Notes: generated from the letters alone by a model not told the origin. A stretch of 64,000 nucleotides of DNA from Phycisphaerae bacterium (GCA_963666835.2 CAXXGO010000006.1:2464001-2528000), one strand, 5' to 3'; shown: positions 37,816 through 48,441, numbered from the stretch's first letter. Numbers and translations: made by a program.

Positions 37816-39911
37816 AGCCCTTCCGTTGGATACACTCGCTCAAGTCTCGGATAGTCATCACCTATTCGTTGATTCTGATTCTGGGCGGTCTGTCCACCTC
37901 GACGATCGGCATCCACATAACCGGGCAGGCGCTTCTGGAGCAGGGACGCCGGCAGATGGTGTACGGGCTGGCCACCGCTCGCGGAACCTATGACCACCGC
38001 TTGCAGGAGCTGCGGCAGAGCGTGGAGCTGCTCGCCTCGAGCGGGCGGCTGCAGGCGGCGCGGGCCTCCGATCGGCCGGACCGCGTCGCGGCGTATTTGC
38101 AAACCGTACGACGCGAGCAAGGCTGGGATTTCCTTTCGGTCGTGAACCCGGACGGTGAGGTGATCGTGCGGACGTCCGGGCGGGCGCGAGTCGGCGATAA
38201 TGCCACGACCATCGCCCCGGTGCAGCAGGCGCTGACGGGCGATCCGGCCGCGAGTACGGAGGTTATTCCGTGCGAGCGGCTCTACGCGGAGGATCCGGCA
38301 CTGGCGGAGCGGGCGGCGGTGAAGCTTGTTCCAACCCCTCGGTCACCTCCGCCCGACCGGCAGGCGCTATTCTCCGGAATGGTGATGGTGGCCGCGGCGC
38401 CGGCGGTCGATGAGGATGGGCGGATCGTGGCGGCGGTTTACGCCGGGCAGCTAATCAACCAGCCGGATGTGGTGGCCGAATCCGTGGGACGTCACTGGTT
38501 GGTGGAGGAGATAGATTCGGCGTTGCAGTCCGGTGCGGAAGGGGACATGCGTGACGGGAGCATCGCGACGGTTCTACAAGGCGACGTGCGGATTACCACG
38601 AACCTCGTCGATGCCCGAGAACGACGAGCTGTGGGAACATGCGCTTCGGCGGCCGTCCGGGAGACCGTCCTGGGCAAAGGGCGGCCGTGGATCGGGCGAG
38701 TGTTTGCGGTCAATGACTGGTACATTGCGGCCTATGAGCCCATCACGAACCTGGCTGGCGAGCGGATCGGGATGTTGGCGGTGGGACTGCCGGAGCAGCC
38801 GTATACGGCGGCCCGCGATGAGGTGACGCTCAGCTTTGCGATTATTGCGCTGGTCTGTTTCTTGCTGATCGTAGTGGCGACGTATTTCCTGACGCGAAGC
38901 CTGGTGCGTCCGTTGGAAGAGATGGCCGAGGTGTCGCGGGGCATTGCCGCGGGGGATCTGAGCCAACGCGTGCATGTCACCACGACGCAGAGTGAGCTGG
39001 GGCTGCTCTCGACTTCGTTCAACGACATGCTCGATCGTATCAGCCAGATGAAAAGTGAGCTGGAGCAGTGGGCGCGGACCCTCGAGAACAAGGTCGAGGA
39101 GCGTACCGAGCAGCTCATTAAGGTCCAGGCTCAGGCAGCGCGTCATCAGCGGCTCGCTTCGGTAGGACAGTTGGCGGCCGGGGTGGCTCACGAGATCAAT
39201 AACCCGTTGGGCGGGATTCTCACCTTTGCATCGATCGTGCTCGAGGATCTGCGTCCGGATGACCCGCACCGTGAGGAACTCGAAGAAGTCGTTCGGCAGG
39301 CGGTGCGGTGCCGCAAGATTGTCACCGGCCTGTTGGAGTTCTCGCGCCAGCGCGAGACTCAGAAGGCGTTGGCCGACGTCAACCAGGTGGTCTATCGGAC
39401 GCTGCAGTTATTGGAGACGCAGGCACTCTTTCATGACATACACGTGTCCCGGAGATTGGATGCGAACATGCCGTCGGCGGTTATGGACGAGTCGCAGATG
39501 CAGCAGGTGTTCATGAACCTGATTCTCAACGCGGTCGACGCGATGGACGGGAAGGGGAACCTGACCATCGAGACCAGGCACAGCAAGGAGAAGAAGGAGA
39601 TCCTCGTGCGGGTCACCGATACCGGCTGCGGCATCCCCCCGGAGATCCGCGAGTCGATCTTCGATCCGTTCTTTACCACCAAGGACCCCGGAAAGGGCAC
39701 GGGTTTGGGGCTGGCGGTGTCGTGGCGAATCGTCCAGGCGCACGGCGGGCGGATGGACATCGAGAGCGAAGTCGGCAAAGGGACCGTCTTTTCCGTTTAC
39801 TTGCCGCTGGTAACAAAGCTGCCCATGACTGACGAAGCCGATGATGCCGGCTCTTCAGCGCGGGAATCTGCGGGCGAGCCTGGGGATTGGGATGATCCGT
39901 CGGGCGGGTGA
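37812..39911 (+). CDS. Membrane sensor histidine kinase (Cache-like, HAMP, NtrB-type kinase)
   Basis: Two TM segments, a periplasmic domain with RITTN...RAVGT...YIAAYEPI, a HAMP domain, AHEINNPL, FFTTK and GTGLGL. Confidence 0.92.
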   Translation: MKPFRWIHSLKSRIVITYSLILILGGLSTSTIGIHITGQALLEQGRRQMVYGLATARGTYDHRLQELRQSVELLASSGRLQAARASDRPDRVAAYLQTVRREQGWDFLSVVNPDGEVIVRTSGRARVGDNATTIAPVQQALTGDPAASTEVIPCERLYAEDPALAERAAVKLVPTPRSPPPDRQALFSGMVMVAAAPAVDEDGRIVAAVYAGQLINQPDVVAESVGRHWLVEEIDSALQSGAEGDMRDGSIATVLQGDVRITTNLVDARERRAVGTCASAAVRETVLGKGRPWIGRVFAVNDWYIAAYEPITNLAGERIGMLAVGLPEQPYTAARDEVTLSFAIIALVCFLLIVVATYFLTRSLVRPLEEMAEVSRGIAAGDLSQRVHVTTTQSELGLLSTSFNDMLDRISQMKSELEQWARTLENKVEERTEQLIKVQAQAARHQRLASVGQLAAGVAHEINNPLGGILTFASIVLEDLRPDDPHREELEEVVRQAVRCRKIVTGLLEFSRQRETQKALADVNQVVYRTLQLLETQALFHDIHVSRRLDANMPSAVMDESQMQQVFMNLILNAVDAMDGKGNLTIETRHSKEKKEILVRVTDTGCGIPPEIRESIFDPFFTTKDPGKGTGLGLAVSWRIVQAHGGRMDIESEVGKGTVFSVYLPLVTKLPMTDEADDAGSSARESAGEPGDWDDPSGG

Positions 39912-40089
39912 TGACGCCCAGTGCCGCTCCCAGAAGGGTTGTCTAGGGTCCTTCCTCCTTTACAGGGGCTTGGTTCAAAGGAGCAGACTTCAAGCCTGCG
40001 CGACCCGCCGAAAGCGCTTGAGTTGATTTCGCGGTGACGGCGTTACGCCGGGGTCTGCCTTTCCGATCGCGGGGTTGAAGACTTCAAGG

Positions 40090-40926
40090 ATGACGTATTC
40101 GACGGATATTCTGTTTGTTCTCAACAGACTGCGCTGGCCCTGGCGAATACCGGTGAAGTGGCTGATTCTCGGTTTTACGGTGCTTGGCGTGTGTTTTCCG
40201 AATCCGGTGATCCTGTATCGCCACCTGGACCATTGGCGAGACCCGAACGCTCTTATCGAGCCGAATGCGCCGGGGGTCCGGGCGATGGCCGACGAACTTC
40301 GACCGACCATCGCCGACGATACGCCGCCTCACGAGGTTCTCCATGCCGTGCAGGATCTGGTGTATCGCAGCGTACCGTATGAATGGGACTGGAACACGTG
40401 GGGGTCCGCGGATTATCTCCCAACTGTCGGCGAGGTGTTCGAACAAGGGCGGGAGGATTGCGACGGGCGGGCGGTCGTGGCGGCTTCGGTTCTTAAGCAG
40501 CTCGGGTACGAGGCGACCCTCGTGACGGATTTCGCCCACGTCTGGGTCCGAACCGAGGTCGGGGAGACGATGAGCCCCGGGGAGACTCCGGCGATCGTCG
40601 TGGGCGAGAAGGGGATCGAGATTCAGAGCCACGCCTTTGCCGAGATGTTGAGGGCATCCACTTTGGGAATCCGGGTGTTTCCGCTGTTTCGAGAGTTGAT
40701 CGTAATCGCCGTTGCCTGGTGGTTGCTGTGGTCGCCCGGGGCTCCGCGGTGGTATGCGCTGACCGCGCTGGCATCGCTGGTGGGCGGGCTGCTGTGCGTG
40801 CGGGCGTACGGGCCGCTTTCGATCGTGTGGTTGCACGGGGCGGGTTTGGTCATGATGCTGGTCGGGGTGGTGTTGCCTCTGTGGGCAGCGCGTGGTTTGC
40901 GTGGCCGAGCGCGCGAGACCGTTTGA
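40090..40926 (+). CDS. Membrane protein with a transglutaminase-like Cys-protease domain
   Basis: VPYEWD...DY.PT.EV...GREDCDGRA and AHVWV (Cys/His). One N-terminal and about three C-terminal TM segments. Confidence 0.7.
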   Translation: MTYSTDILFVLNRLRWPWRIPVKWLILGFTVLGVCFPNPVILYRHLDHWRDPNALIEPNAPGVRAMADELRPTIADDTPPHEVLHAVQDLVYRSVPYEWDWNTWGSADYLPTVGEVFEQGREDCDGRAVVAASVLKQLGYEATLVTDFAHVWVRTEVGETMSPGETPAIVVGEKGIEIQSHAFAEMLRASTLGIRVFPLFRELIVIAVAWWLLWSPGAPRWYALTALASLVGGLLCVRAYGPLSIVWLHGAGLVMMLVGVVLPLWAARGLRGRARETV

Positions 40927-41066
40927 ACACGTCGCTTGTTGTAGGATACCTGTGTTGCTGTAAGTAGTTGTCCTAGCGATGTAATGCTCCTTTGCATCGC
41001 CCGATAGGATTGCTACGCTTGGTGTGGCGTAGACATCAGAACCGAATTACCAAGAGGATCTGACCA

Positions 41067-42923
41067 ATGAAGATGAAGCGTGTTCAGGCGACGCTGTTCG
41101 TGGCTGTGCTGTTGGCGGTACCGTTGGCGGGCGAGGCCCGGGCCCAGTTTGACTCCCTCCGTAAATTCACCCGGCCGGCGGAGCCGGTGCCGAAGATCGC
41201 CCACTTCGAGATCAAAGGTGCCTTGACGGAGACACCGGCGCGTATTCCCCCGATGTTCGGCGGGGATATTCCCCTGTCCCTGGGTGATCTGGTGAGTCGG
41301 CTCAAGGCGGCCCGTCAAGATGACGAGGTTGTGGCCGTCGTGATCGACTTGCAGAACGCCGCTTTCGGCATGGCCCAGCTCGAGGAAGTTCATAAGGCGA
41401 TCCGGCAGTTCGAAGCGGTGGACAAGGACGTCTATATTCACGCTGACATGTTAACGACACTAACCTACGCGGCCGCGACCAGTGCGGCCCACGTGAGCGT
41501 GGTGCCGACGGGGGATGTGTGGTTGCTCGGGCTGTACGGGGAGGCTCCGTACCTTAAGGGAATGCTCGACAAGATCGGAGTCGTTGCGGACTACGAGCAT
41601 TGCGGCGACTTCAAGACCGCGGCCGAGACCTTGACGCGCACCGACCCTTCCGAGCCGGCCCGGCAGATGTCGAAGTGGTTGTACGACGGGCTGTACTCGT
41701 CGCTGGTTGGTTTGATCGCCGATAGCCGCGGAGTATCGGAGGAGAAAGTCCGCGAGCTGATGGATAACGGGCCGTATTCGGCGGAGGACGCGCTGAGCGC
41801 CGGGTTGATCGACTCGGTCAAGCACCGCCAGGACTTCGTTGCGGATATCAAGGCCCGCTACGGTAAGTCCGTCGAGTTCGTGAGAGACTACGGCGAAGAT
41901 GATGCGATGGATATGCCGGAGGACAACTTCTTCGCCCTGGTCGAGTTCATGATGAAGATGATCAACCCGACTCCGCAAGAGTACACGGAGCCGACTATCG
42001 GTGTCGTGTTCGTCGAGGGTGCGATCATGACCGGTGAGGCCGAGGCTAGCCCGTTCGGGCCGTCGGCGGGGGCGTTCAGCACGACGATTCGCCGGGCGCT
42101 GGACAAGGCCGCGAGCGAGCCGGCGGTCAAGGCGGTTGTTTTGCGTGTGGATTCCCCAGGAGGCTCGGCGCTGGCGTCGGAGATCATCCTGGACGCGGCG
42201 AACCGGGTCGGTGCAGAGAAGCCGGTGATTGTATCGATGGGTAACGTCGCCGCGAGTGGCGGCTACTACGTCTCGTGTAACGCGGATACCATCTTCGCCG
42301 ACAGCGCGACTATTACCGCTTCGATCGGGGTCGTGGGCGGTAAGCTGGTCACGACGGGGATGTGGGACAAGTTGGGGATTAACTGGCACTCCAACCAGCG
42401 CGGGCGCATGGCCGGGATAATGAGCAGCGCCGGGTCCTTCAATGATCAGGAACGCGCGAAGATCAGGCAATACATGGAGCATGTATACGGGATCTTCAAA
42501 GAGCACGTTGTCAAGGGACGCGGCGAGAAGCTCAGCAAGCCGATTGACGAGATGGCCGGGGGGCGGGTGTTCACCGGCGCCCAGGCTCTGGAGCTGGGGC
42601 TGGTCGACAAGATCGGCGGACTAGACGACGCCATCAAGTTCGCCGCCCAGCGCGCCGGACTGGCGGATTACGACGTTCGGACGATTCCGGAGCCGCCGAC
42701 TTTCTTCGAGATGCTGACCGGCGAATCGGGCGACGACGAGTTTCTCAGCACTTCGACGGGATTAGGACTGGTTGAGCTTCCGCTCTTCAAGGCGACCTTG
42801 CCGACGTTGGCGAAGGTGGACCCGCTACGGGTCCGGGCGATCGTGCGGGCGCTACGCGGGATCGAGCTGATCCACCGCGAGGGGGTTGCCACGCTGATGC
42901 CGGTGGAGTTCGTGATTCGCTGA
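41067..42923 (+). CDS. sppA: Signal peptide peptidase SppA, long (67K-like) form
   Basis: Two S49 domains, G.FKTAAE, LRVDSPGGSALAS, SMGNVAASGGYY, ITASIGV and GRVFTGAQALELGLVD. Confidence 0.93.
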   Translation: MKMKRVQATLFVAVLLAVPLAGEARAQFDSLRKFTRPAEPVPKIAHFEIKGALTETPARIPPMFGGDIPLSLGDLVSRLKAARQDDEVVAVVIDLQNAAFGMAQLEEVHKAIRQFEAVDKDVYIHADMLTTLTYAAATSAAHVSVVPTGDVWLLGLYGEAPYLKGMLDKIGVVADYEHCGDFKTAAETLTRTDPSEPARQMSKWLYDGLYSSLVGLIADSRGVSEEKVRELMDNGPYSAEDALSAGLIDSVKHRQDFVADIKARYGKSVEFVRDYGEDDAMDMPEDNFFALVEFMMKMINPTPQEYTEPTIGVVFVEGAIMTGEAEASPFGPSAGAFSTTIRRALDKAASEPAVKAVVLRVDSPGGSALASEIILDAANRVGAEKPVIVSMGNVAASGGYYVSCNADTIFADSATITASIGVVGGKLVTTGMWDKLGINWHSNQRGRMAGIMSSAGSFNDQERAKIRQYMEHVYGIFKEHVVKGRGEKLSKPIDEMAGGRVFTGAQALELGLVDKIGGLDDAIKFAAQRAGLADYDVRTIPEPPTFFEMLTGESGDDEFLSTSTGLGLVELPLFKATLPTLAKVDPLRVRAIVRALRGIELIHREGVATLMPVEFVIR

Positions 42924-43050
42924 TCGCGCCGACAGGGGCGATAACCGAGACGAGGCAGGACATCGAGGCGGCGTCAGCAGATTTGGCCGGCGCCGCCTCG
43001 TCGCGCCTAATCACGGGCTCTTGCATGCGTCGTAGCGAGCCGCGGTCAGG

Positions 43051-43722
43051 TCACGGTTGCGAGCCCGGATTCGAGCTGCGTGGGGCTACGCCATCGACTT
43101 CGATGCCGCCGAGTTTGAACTCCAGCAGACTCTGCATACGCAACATAAGCTTGACGCCCACCTTGCTGTTGACGAATTTGGCAGAAAACACCATCGCCAA
43201 CGGATCGTCGGGAACCTGGATCGGGGGGTTGGCCTGATCGACCGTGAACTCCACGAATGCCCCGTGGGTTTCCCGGATATCCTCGAGCCAAGCTATTAGA
43301 GCCTCGTCTGTGACCCGATCGTTGAATTCGCTGGTGAAAGCGCCACGCAGGTGCTTAGCGGCTTCGGAGTAATCTGGGGTTTCAAAGGCCAGTGATGCCC
43401 CTTTACTTGCATCCCTGTAGCCGGCGCCGATCAAGGCGACGTAGAGGATGAGGATCGAGAGGACGCCCATAACGACGGAGATCGGGATGGCGGCGATGGC
43501 CAGCCCCCGGCCTCGTCGCCGGCCGTCCTTGGTTTTGACGATACCCACGATTCCGAAGATCAGACCCAGCACGGCGGCCACACCCGTACAGCCAAGGAAC
43601 GAGAGCACGAATCCGGTAACCGCAGCGGCGCTCATCCGCGGCGGTCCTTGGGGCTCCATGCCGCCGAAGGCGTTCGGGTCACCTGGGTCGAAGGTCGGGG
43701 GCACCGGGGGGGGCTGGGTCAT
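43051..43722 (-). CDS. DUF4190 domain membrane protein
   Basis: Pro-rich N-terminus, then A..GFVLS...LGLIFGIVG.......GRGLAIAAI TM hairpin. Confidence 0.75.
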   Translation of the reverse strand: MTQPPPVPPTFDPGDPNAFGGMEPQGPPRMSAAAVTGFVLSFLGCTGVAAVLGLIFGIVGIVKTKDGRRRGRGLAIAAIPISVVMGVLSILILYVALIGAGYRDASKGASLAFETPDYSEAAKHLRGAFTSEFNDRVTDEALIAWLEDIRETHGAFVEFTVDQANPPIQVPDDPLAMVFSAKFVNSKVGVKLMLRMQSLLEFKLGGIEVDGVAPRSSNPGSQP

Positions 43723-44059
43723 CGTTTTGGACTCCTGCGAGGGCTTCCGCGGTCCGTCGGCCCTCTGTTTACGGGCGGTTTTCGATCTGGGACGGATGTC
43801 TCACGGGTGCCGCCAAGTCCCACTTTTCACAGACGCCCACGAATTCGGCAGGGAGCCGTGCGAGGGCCTTCGTAGCGGGTGGAATATAGCACGTCGGTGG
43901 ATGCGGTCAAACCACGACCGGTTCCGGGGAATCTGTCGGACAGGTCTCGACGGTTCGCGAACCGTCGTTTGCTACCGAGGGTTGGTCGCGGTCGGAGCGG
44001 AACGGGCGTGGGGAAGGCCCGCCGATCTGCCCGGGGCGCAGATGCGGGGATCGTTCGGC

Positions 44060-44089
44060 TTGACGGGACATCCGGGCGGACTTTATCAT
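44060..44089 (+). promoter_or_regulatory. Putative sigma70 promoter of the FG-GAP gene
   Basis: TTGACG-N18-TATCAT. Confidence 0.5.
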
Positions 44090-44300
44090 TACCGACCGGC
44101 TTGGGGTGAAGGTCTGCCGATGGCCCGCCTTGTTGGGGAGTGTACGTGCCGTCGGCGGGAGTGGGCTTGCGGCCTGCGGGGCAAGCGATCCTTGGCCGGG
44201 TTGGCGTGAGATTATTCACCACAGATGCCCGAAGTGGTGCCGGTGCTGCCGTGGACAGTGCGAGCCGGGCTGCCGGGATTTGCTTTACGGAGTTTGGCCT

Positions 44301-47300
44301 ATGAATGGTGTCGTCAGGTTTAGAGGCTGCCTGGGGTTCGTGCTGGTGTTGAGTGGGCTGGCGGGCCTGATCGCTGCAATCGTGTCCTGCTCCACGGCGC
44401 CGACGGCGTTCCTGGTGCAGGGGGCCGGCGGGAGCACCGGCAGTGATCCACCGACCCTGACAATCTCGGTACCGAGTGCCAACACTACTGTGGATCAGGG
44501 CGGGAATCTCCTCGTGCGGTGGACGGACAACGATCGAGATTCCAACGCGATGATCAGCTTCATGCTGATCAATACGGTGACGAACGACACGGTGGTACTC
44601 GTGCAGAATGTGTCGGAGGATGATTCGGTCGGGCCGGACCGGTTTACGATCGACACCTCGCTGATTCCGCAGGGTACGTATAACTTGTTGGGTGTAATCG
44701 ATGACGGTTTGAACACGCCCTACGAGACTTATGCCATGAACTCGGAGGGCGAAACCACGGCCGAAAGGACCCAGCGGGCGGTGATTACGATTGTGCCGCC
44801 GGGGCAGGGTCCGCCGACGGTTCCTCCCATTGTTACCGTTGTTGAGCCGGCGTTCAATCTCAGCGTCTCTCAGGATGACGTGCTCCATATAGTCGTTCAG
44901 CCGAGCGACATTGCGCCGCCCGATGAGGATGATGATGGTGGTGACGAGACGCCGCCGTTCGATCCCGACAGTGACGCAACTCTCTATATCGTGTTGGATA
45001 TGGACACCGATCCCAACAACGATGACCCGGCCAACCCGGATCCGGATTCGATCATAACGCTTCGTACGGATCCGATTCAGGCGGGCGAGTTCCAGGAGAG
45101 GACCTACGACATCGAGGTTGATTTGCAGGACATTCCGCCGCGCGACGACGGTGAGCCCTACTACATCAGAGCATCTATCGATGATGCGACGAACCCGCGG
45201 GTGCATCAGTATGCGGTCGGCACAATCAGTGTTACGCAGTTGGCGGCCGGAACGGTGGATCTGTTTGACGTCGGCCGGACGATTTCGGGGGCGACGTTCT
45301 ACGGGTTCAGCCCGGGCGCTAATCTCGGGTCCACAATCTCGCACGTCGGGGACTTCGACGCCGATGGGGTGGATGATTTCGTGATGGTGGCACAGTACGG
45401 CAATCCGCGCAACTACGGCCGGATCGGCGAGGCGTATCTGCTCTACGGTCACGACCAGACCAGGTTCGGTGGGTCTTTGGCGGTGAACACGGTCAGCGAA
45501 GCCGTTGACGGAGTGATCTTTGAGGCGCCGCCGGTTCGTTCGACAGCAGTGACGGACTCGGATCCGCGAACGGACGGCATATCCGATGTGAGTTTCATTC
45601 AGGATCTCACGGGTGACGGTCGTCCGGAGCTTCTTTTTGGGCTACGGCATGTACACGGTGCGTTGGACTCGATGGACTACGACCCGGGTGACACGGACAT
45701 GGACGACGCGGATACGACGGTCCAGGTAGAAGTGCTCATTCGGCAGGGCCTGACCCGTGTTACTGCGGGCGACGAGATCGAAGACGAAGATTCGCAGTAC
45801 TTCGGTGTAGACGACGTTACGATCAGCAGCGCGAACCCGAGTGCGTTCGCGGGATCGGACTCCGACCTTACGTGGGAGAACTCCGGCGCGTCGCAGCGCG
45901 AGTGGACGTTGCTGAAGTTCAAGGATGTCCTCTCCGTGATACCGGATGAGTCCGAAACGATCGACATCGCGTCGGTTCGGGCAACGATCAGTTTCCGCGT
46001 CTTTGGAACGGGAGACGACGGCACGGTCTATCAGTGTGTGACGGATTTTGATGAGAGAACCACATACTCGACCTTTGCCGCCGGCGGCGGGGCGCCGCAA
46101 GGCGGCCTGCTTGGTTCGGCGGGTATCGATTATGTTACGGAAGAGGATGGGGAAGGCGGCGAATTGGGTTCGGTTGCCGGAGATTCGGTTGACACCGTTG
46201 ATGTGGATGTGTCGGACCTGGTTACGAGTCTGATTGACGGCACTCTGGTGGATTACGATAACGAGTTGCGTTTCATTATAGTCGCCGGAAACGATGCCGA
46301 GGAGCGTACGTCGGTGCGGTCCAGTGAGTATACCATAGAGGGTGATCGCCCGACGCTGACCATCGAATACACTCGCCAGGACTTCCTGGCGGAGTGGTCG
46401 TGCTATCCGGACGACCTGGTCAACAACTCGTCCGACGAACCGGACGACCTGTATGACGACATTTACTGGTACGCCGGCGGAATGGCGCTGGTCGTCAACA
46501 GCACCAATCGCGACAACAACGGGCTGATCAACCCGGATCGTCTCGACTCCGCAGTCCTCACTCTCGAGCTGGTGGGTCAGAAGGCCGAGCTCGTCCTAGA
46601 TGCCGACGATGTGGAGGCGGAGGGGGGCTTGATCTTCGCCCGCGTGGATAATTCCGGAGCGGCCGAGACCGGCGAAGATGCGGATACCGCTGATCGCGTC
46701 TCCGGTGCCAGAATCGTGGCCGGCCCGTACGACGACGTCGATTCGCGCCTGCTGCGGCAGGGGCCGCGCGAGGGTCTGTTCGGAGACTGCGTGTCGTCGC
46801 TGGGCGACCTGAACCATGACGGCGTTGACGAGATCATGATCTCCGCACCGGCGAATGAACGTTATATGGATGATCTGTTCACCTTCTACGGGTATCAGGG
46901 TACCCAACGGGCTTCGTCGGTGTATCGCGGCAGTATCGTGGTGCTTCCCGGGATCAACTACAATGACAATGAGTGGCGGGACCAGACTGATGATGCCAAT
47001 GGTACCGCGGGTTTGCCCTTCCTGGACCATCACATTGATGAGCCGTACGGTCGTTGCGGAAGTAACCCGGAGCCGCGTCATCAATGGGGGCCGGCGGACT
47101 CGTTTCAGGTCTTCGCCGAAGATATCGACGATATGTTGGGCGGGGCTCGGTCTGCAGGTGACTTCAATCAGGACGGGCTCGACGACATTCTCTGCGGCGC
47201 GCCGCTGAACGATCGTACGTCATATACGCAGGATACCGGGGCGGCCTATGTGTTGTACGGGCGGAACGTTATGGGTAACTTCTACCTGTCAAGGGCGGAT

Positions 47301-48251
47301 GACTCATCGCTCCGACCGCCGATGCTGCGGATTCGCGGAGTGACCCCCGGCGATGAGGTCGGTACGGTTCAGGCCGCCGGTATGGACGTGAACGGAGATC
47401 GGGTCGACGACATTTTTATTGCCTCGCCGAAGGTTGACTTCGGGGGGGTGACGAAAACGACATGTGCCGGAGACTACAACGGCGATGGGGTCGTTGATAC
47501 GACGGACCTTGACCGTTACGCGTTTTCCTCGTGCCAGAGCGCTCACGAGGATGGGGTGTTCACTGACGATGCCTGCAAGGTCTACGACTACGATAACAGC
47601 GGCCTGATCGACGATGACGACGAGAATGTCTTCCGTTGCCTCGCGGACGGTGGAACGGACTGTTGTGAGTATGTCGCCGACAACGGGTATGTGGCCGTGG
47701 TCTTCGGCGGTGTCTTCATCGACGGTGATCGCACGATCGATCAGGTTGCCACGGACGATCTGCCGGGCGCCGTCTTTTATGGGGCGGCTGCCGGGCACCG
47801 GGCCGGCACGGATGTCGACTCGGCCGGCGACTTCAACCAGGACGGGTTCGGGGATATCCTCATAACGGTTCCGGGGGAGACGCGGCTGGACGTATCCGGG
47901 CGAGAGCGGCTCGGGGTGGCGTATCTGATTTTTGGCGGTACGCATTTGTACAACACCACGTGGAGTCTATCGCAGGTCGGCTCTTCCGAGCTCCCCGGAG
48001 TTGTGTTCCTGAGCCCGTATGTGAAGGGGCGTCCGAACGAGGCTCCGATGACGTCGGTGGCGAATATCGGCGATATCAACAACGACGGGTTCGGTGATAT
48101 TGCGGTGGGAAACCCCACGGCGGACTTCATGGATCAGACGTTCCCGCAAGGCCCGGACGCGACCGATGCCGCGCTCGGGCGGCGCAGCGATGCGGGAGAT
48201 GTCTACATCATCTACGGCAACAACTACGGCAGCAACCGGGCGATGCCGTAG
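44301..48251 (+). CDS. FG-GAP (integrin-alpha-like beta-propeller) lipoprotein with inserted domains
   Basis: Lipobox-like IVSC. Seven Ca-loop repeats: GDFDADG, QDLTGDG, GDLNHDG, GDFNQDG, MDVNGDR, GDFNQDG and GDINNDG, with G.AY(L/V).YG strands. Confidence 0.85.
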   Translation: MNGVVRFRGCLGFVLVLSGLAGLIAAIVSCSTAPTAFLVQGAGGSTGSDPPTLTISVPSANTTVDQGGNLLVRWTDNDRDSNAMISFMLINTVTNDTVVLVQNVSEDDSVGPDRFTIDTSLIPQGTYNLLGVIDDGLNTPYETYAMNSEGETTAERTQRAVITIVPPGQGPPTVPPIVTVVEPAFNLSVSQDDVLHIVVQPSDIAPPDEDDDGGDETPPFDPDSDATLYIVLDMDTDPNNDDPANPDPDSIITLRTDPIQAGEFQERTYDIEVDLQDIPPRDDGEPYYIRASIDDATNPRVHQYAVGTISVTQLAAGTVDLFDVGRTISGATFYGFSPGANLGSTISHVGDFDADGVDDFVMVAQYGNPRNYGRIGEAYLLYGHDQTRFGGSLAVNTVSEAVDGVIFEAPPVRSTAVTDSDPRTDGISDVSFIQDLTGDGRPELLFGLRHVHGALDSMDYDPGDTDMDDADTTVQVEVLIRQGLTRVTAGDEIEDEDSQYFGVDDVTISSANPSAFAGSDSDLTWENSGASQREWTLLKFKDVLSVIPDESETIDIASVRATISFRVFGTGDDGTVYQCVTDFDERTTYSTFAAGGGAPQGGLLGSAGIDYVTEEDGEGGELGSVAGDSVDTVDVDVSDLVTSLIDGTLVDYDNELRFIIVAGNDAEERTSVRSSEYTIEGDRPTLTIEYTRQDFLAEWSCYPDDLVNNSSDEPDDLYDDIYWYAGGMALVVNSTNRDNNGLINPDRLDSAVLTLELVGQKAELVLDADDVEAEGGLIFARVDNSGAAETGEDADTADRVSGARIVAGPYDDVDSRLLRQGPREGLFGDCVSSLGDLNHDGVDEIMISAPANERYMDDLFTFYGYQGTQRASSVYRGSIVVLPGINYNDNEWRDQTDDANGTAGLPFLDHHIDEPYGRCGSNPEPRHQWGPADSFQVFAEDIDDMLGGARSAGDFNQDGLDDILCGAPLNDRTSYTQDTGAAYVLYGRNVMGNFYLSRADDSSLRPPMLRIRGVTPGDEVGTVQAAGMDVNGDRVDDIFIASPKVDFGGVTKTTCAGDYNGDGVVDTTDLDRYAFSSCQSAHEDGVFTDDACKVYDYDNSGLIDDDDENVFRCLADGGTDCCEYVADNGYVAVVFGGVFIDGDRTIDQVATDDLPGAVFYGAAAGHRAGTDVDSAGDFNQDGFGDILITVPGETRLDVSGRERLGVAYLIFGGTHLYNTTWSLSQVGSSELPGVVFLSPYVKGRPNEAPMTSVANIGDINNDGFGDIAVGNPTADFMDQTFPQGPDATDAALGRRSDAGDVYIIYGNNYGSNRAMP

Positions 48252-48282
48252 CCTGAGAGGGATCGGCGAATACGGGTTGCGA

Positions 48283-48336
48283 CGCCCCTTGTTGGCGGTG
48301 AGACGCTTGTTGCGGGTCTAACGCCAACAAGGGGCG
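48283..48336. terminator. Long inverted repeat (15-bp perfect stem) after the FG-GAP gene
   Basis: CGCCCCTTGTTGGCG-N24-CGCCAACAAGGGGCG. Could be a terminator or a miniature repeat element. Confidence 0.5.
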
Positions 48337-48412
48337 CCGTATTTAACGTAATGCGCTCCGTCCAGCTTAACGGAAGCGCAGACGAGGCCCTCTCTTTGGA
48401 TTTATCGCTGAA

Positions 48413-48441
48413 CTGACAAACGAGGCGGGGCGTAGTATGCT
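48413..48441 (+). promoter_or_regulatory. Putative sigma70 promoter of the P-type ATPase
   Basis: CTGACA-N17-TATGCT. Confidence 0.45.
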
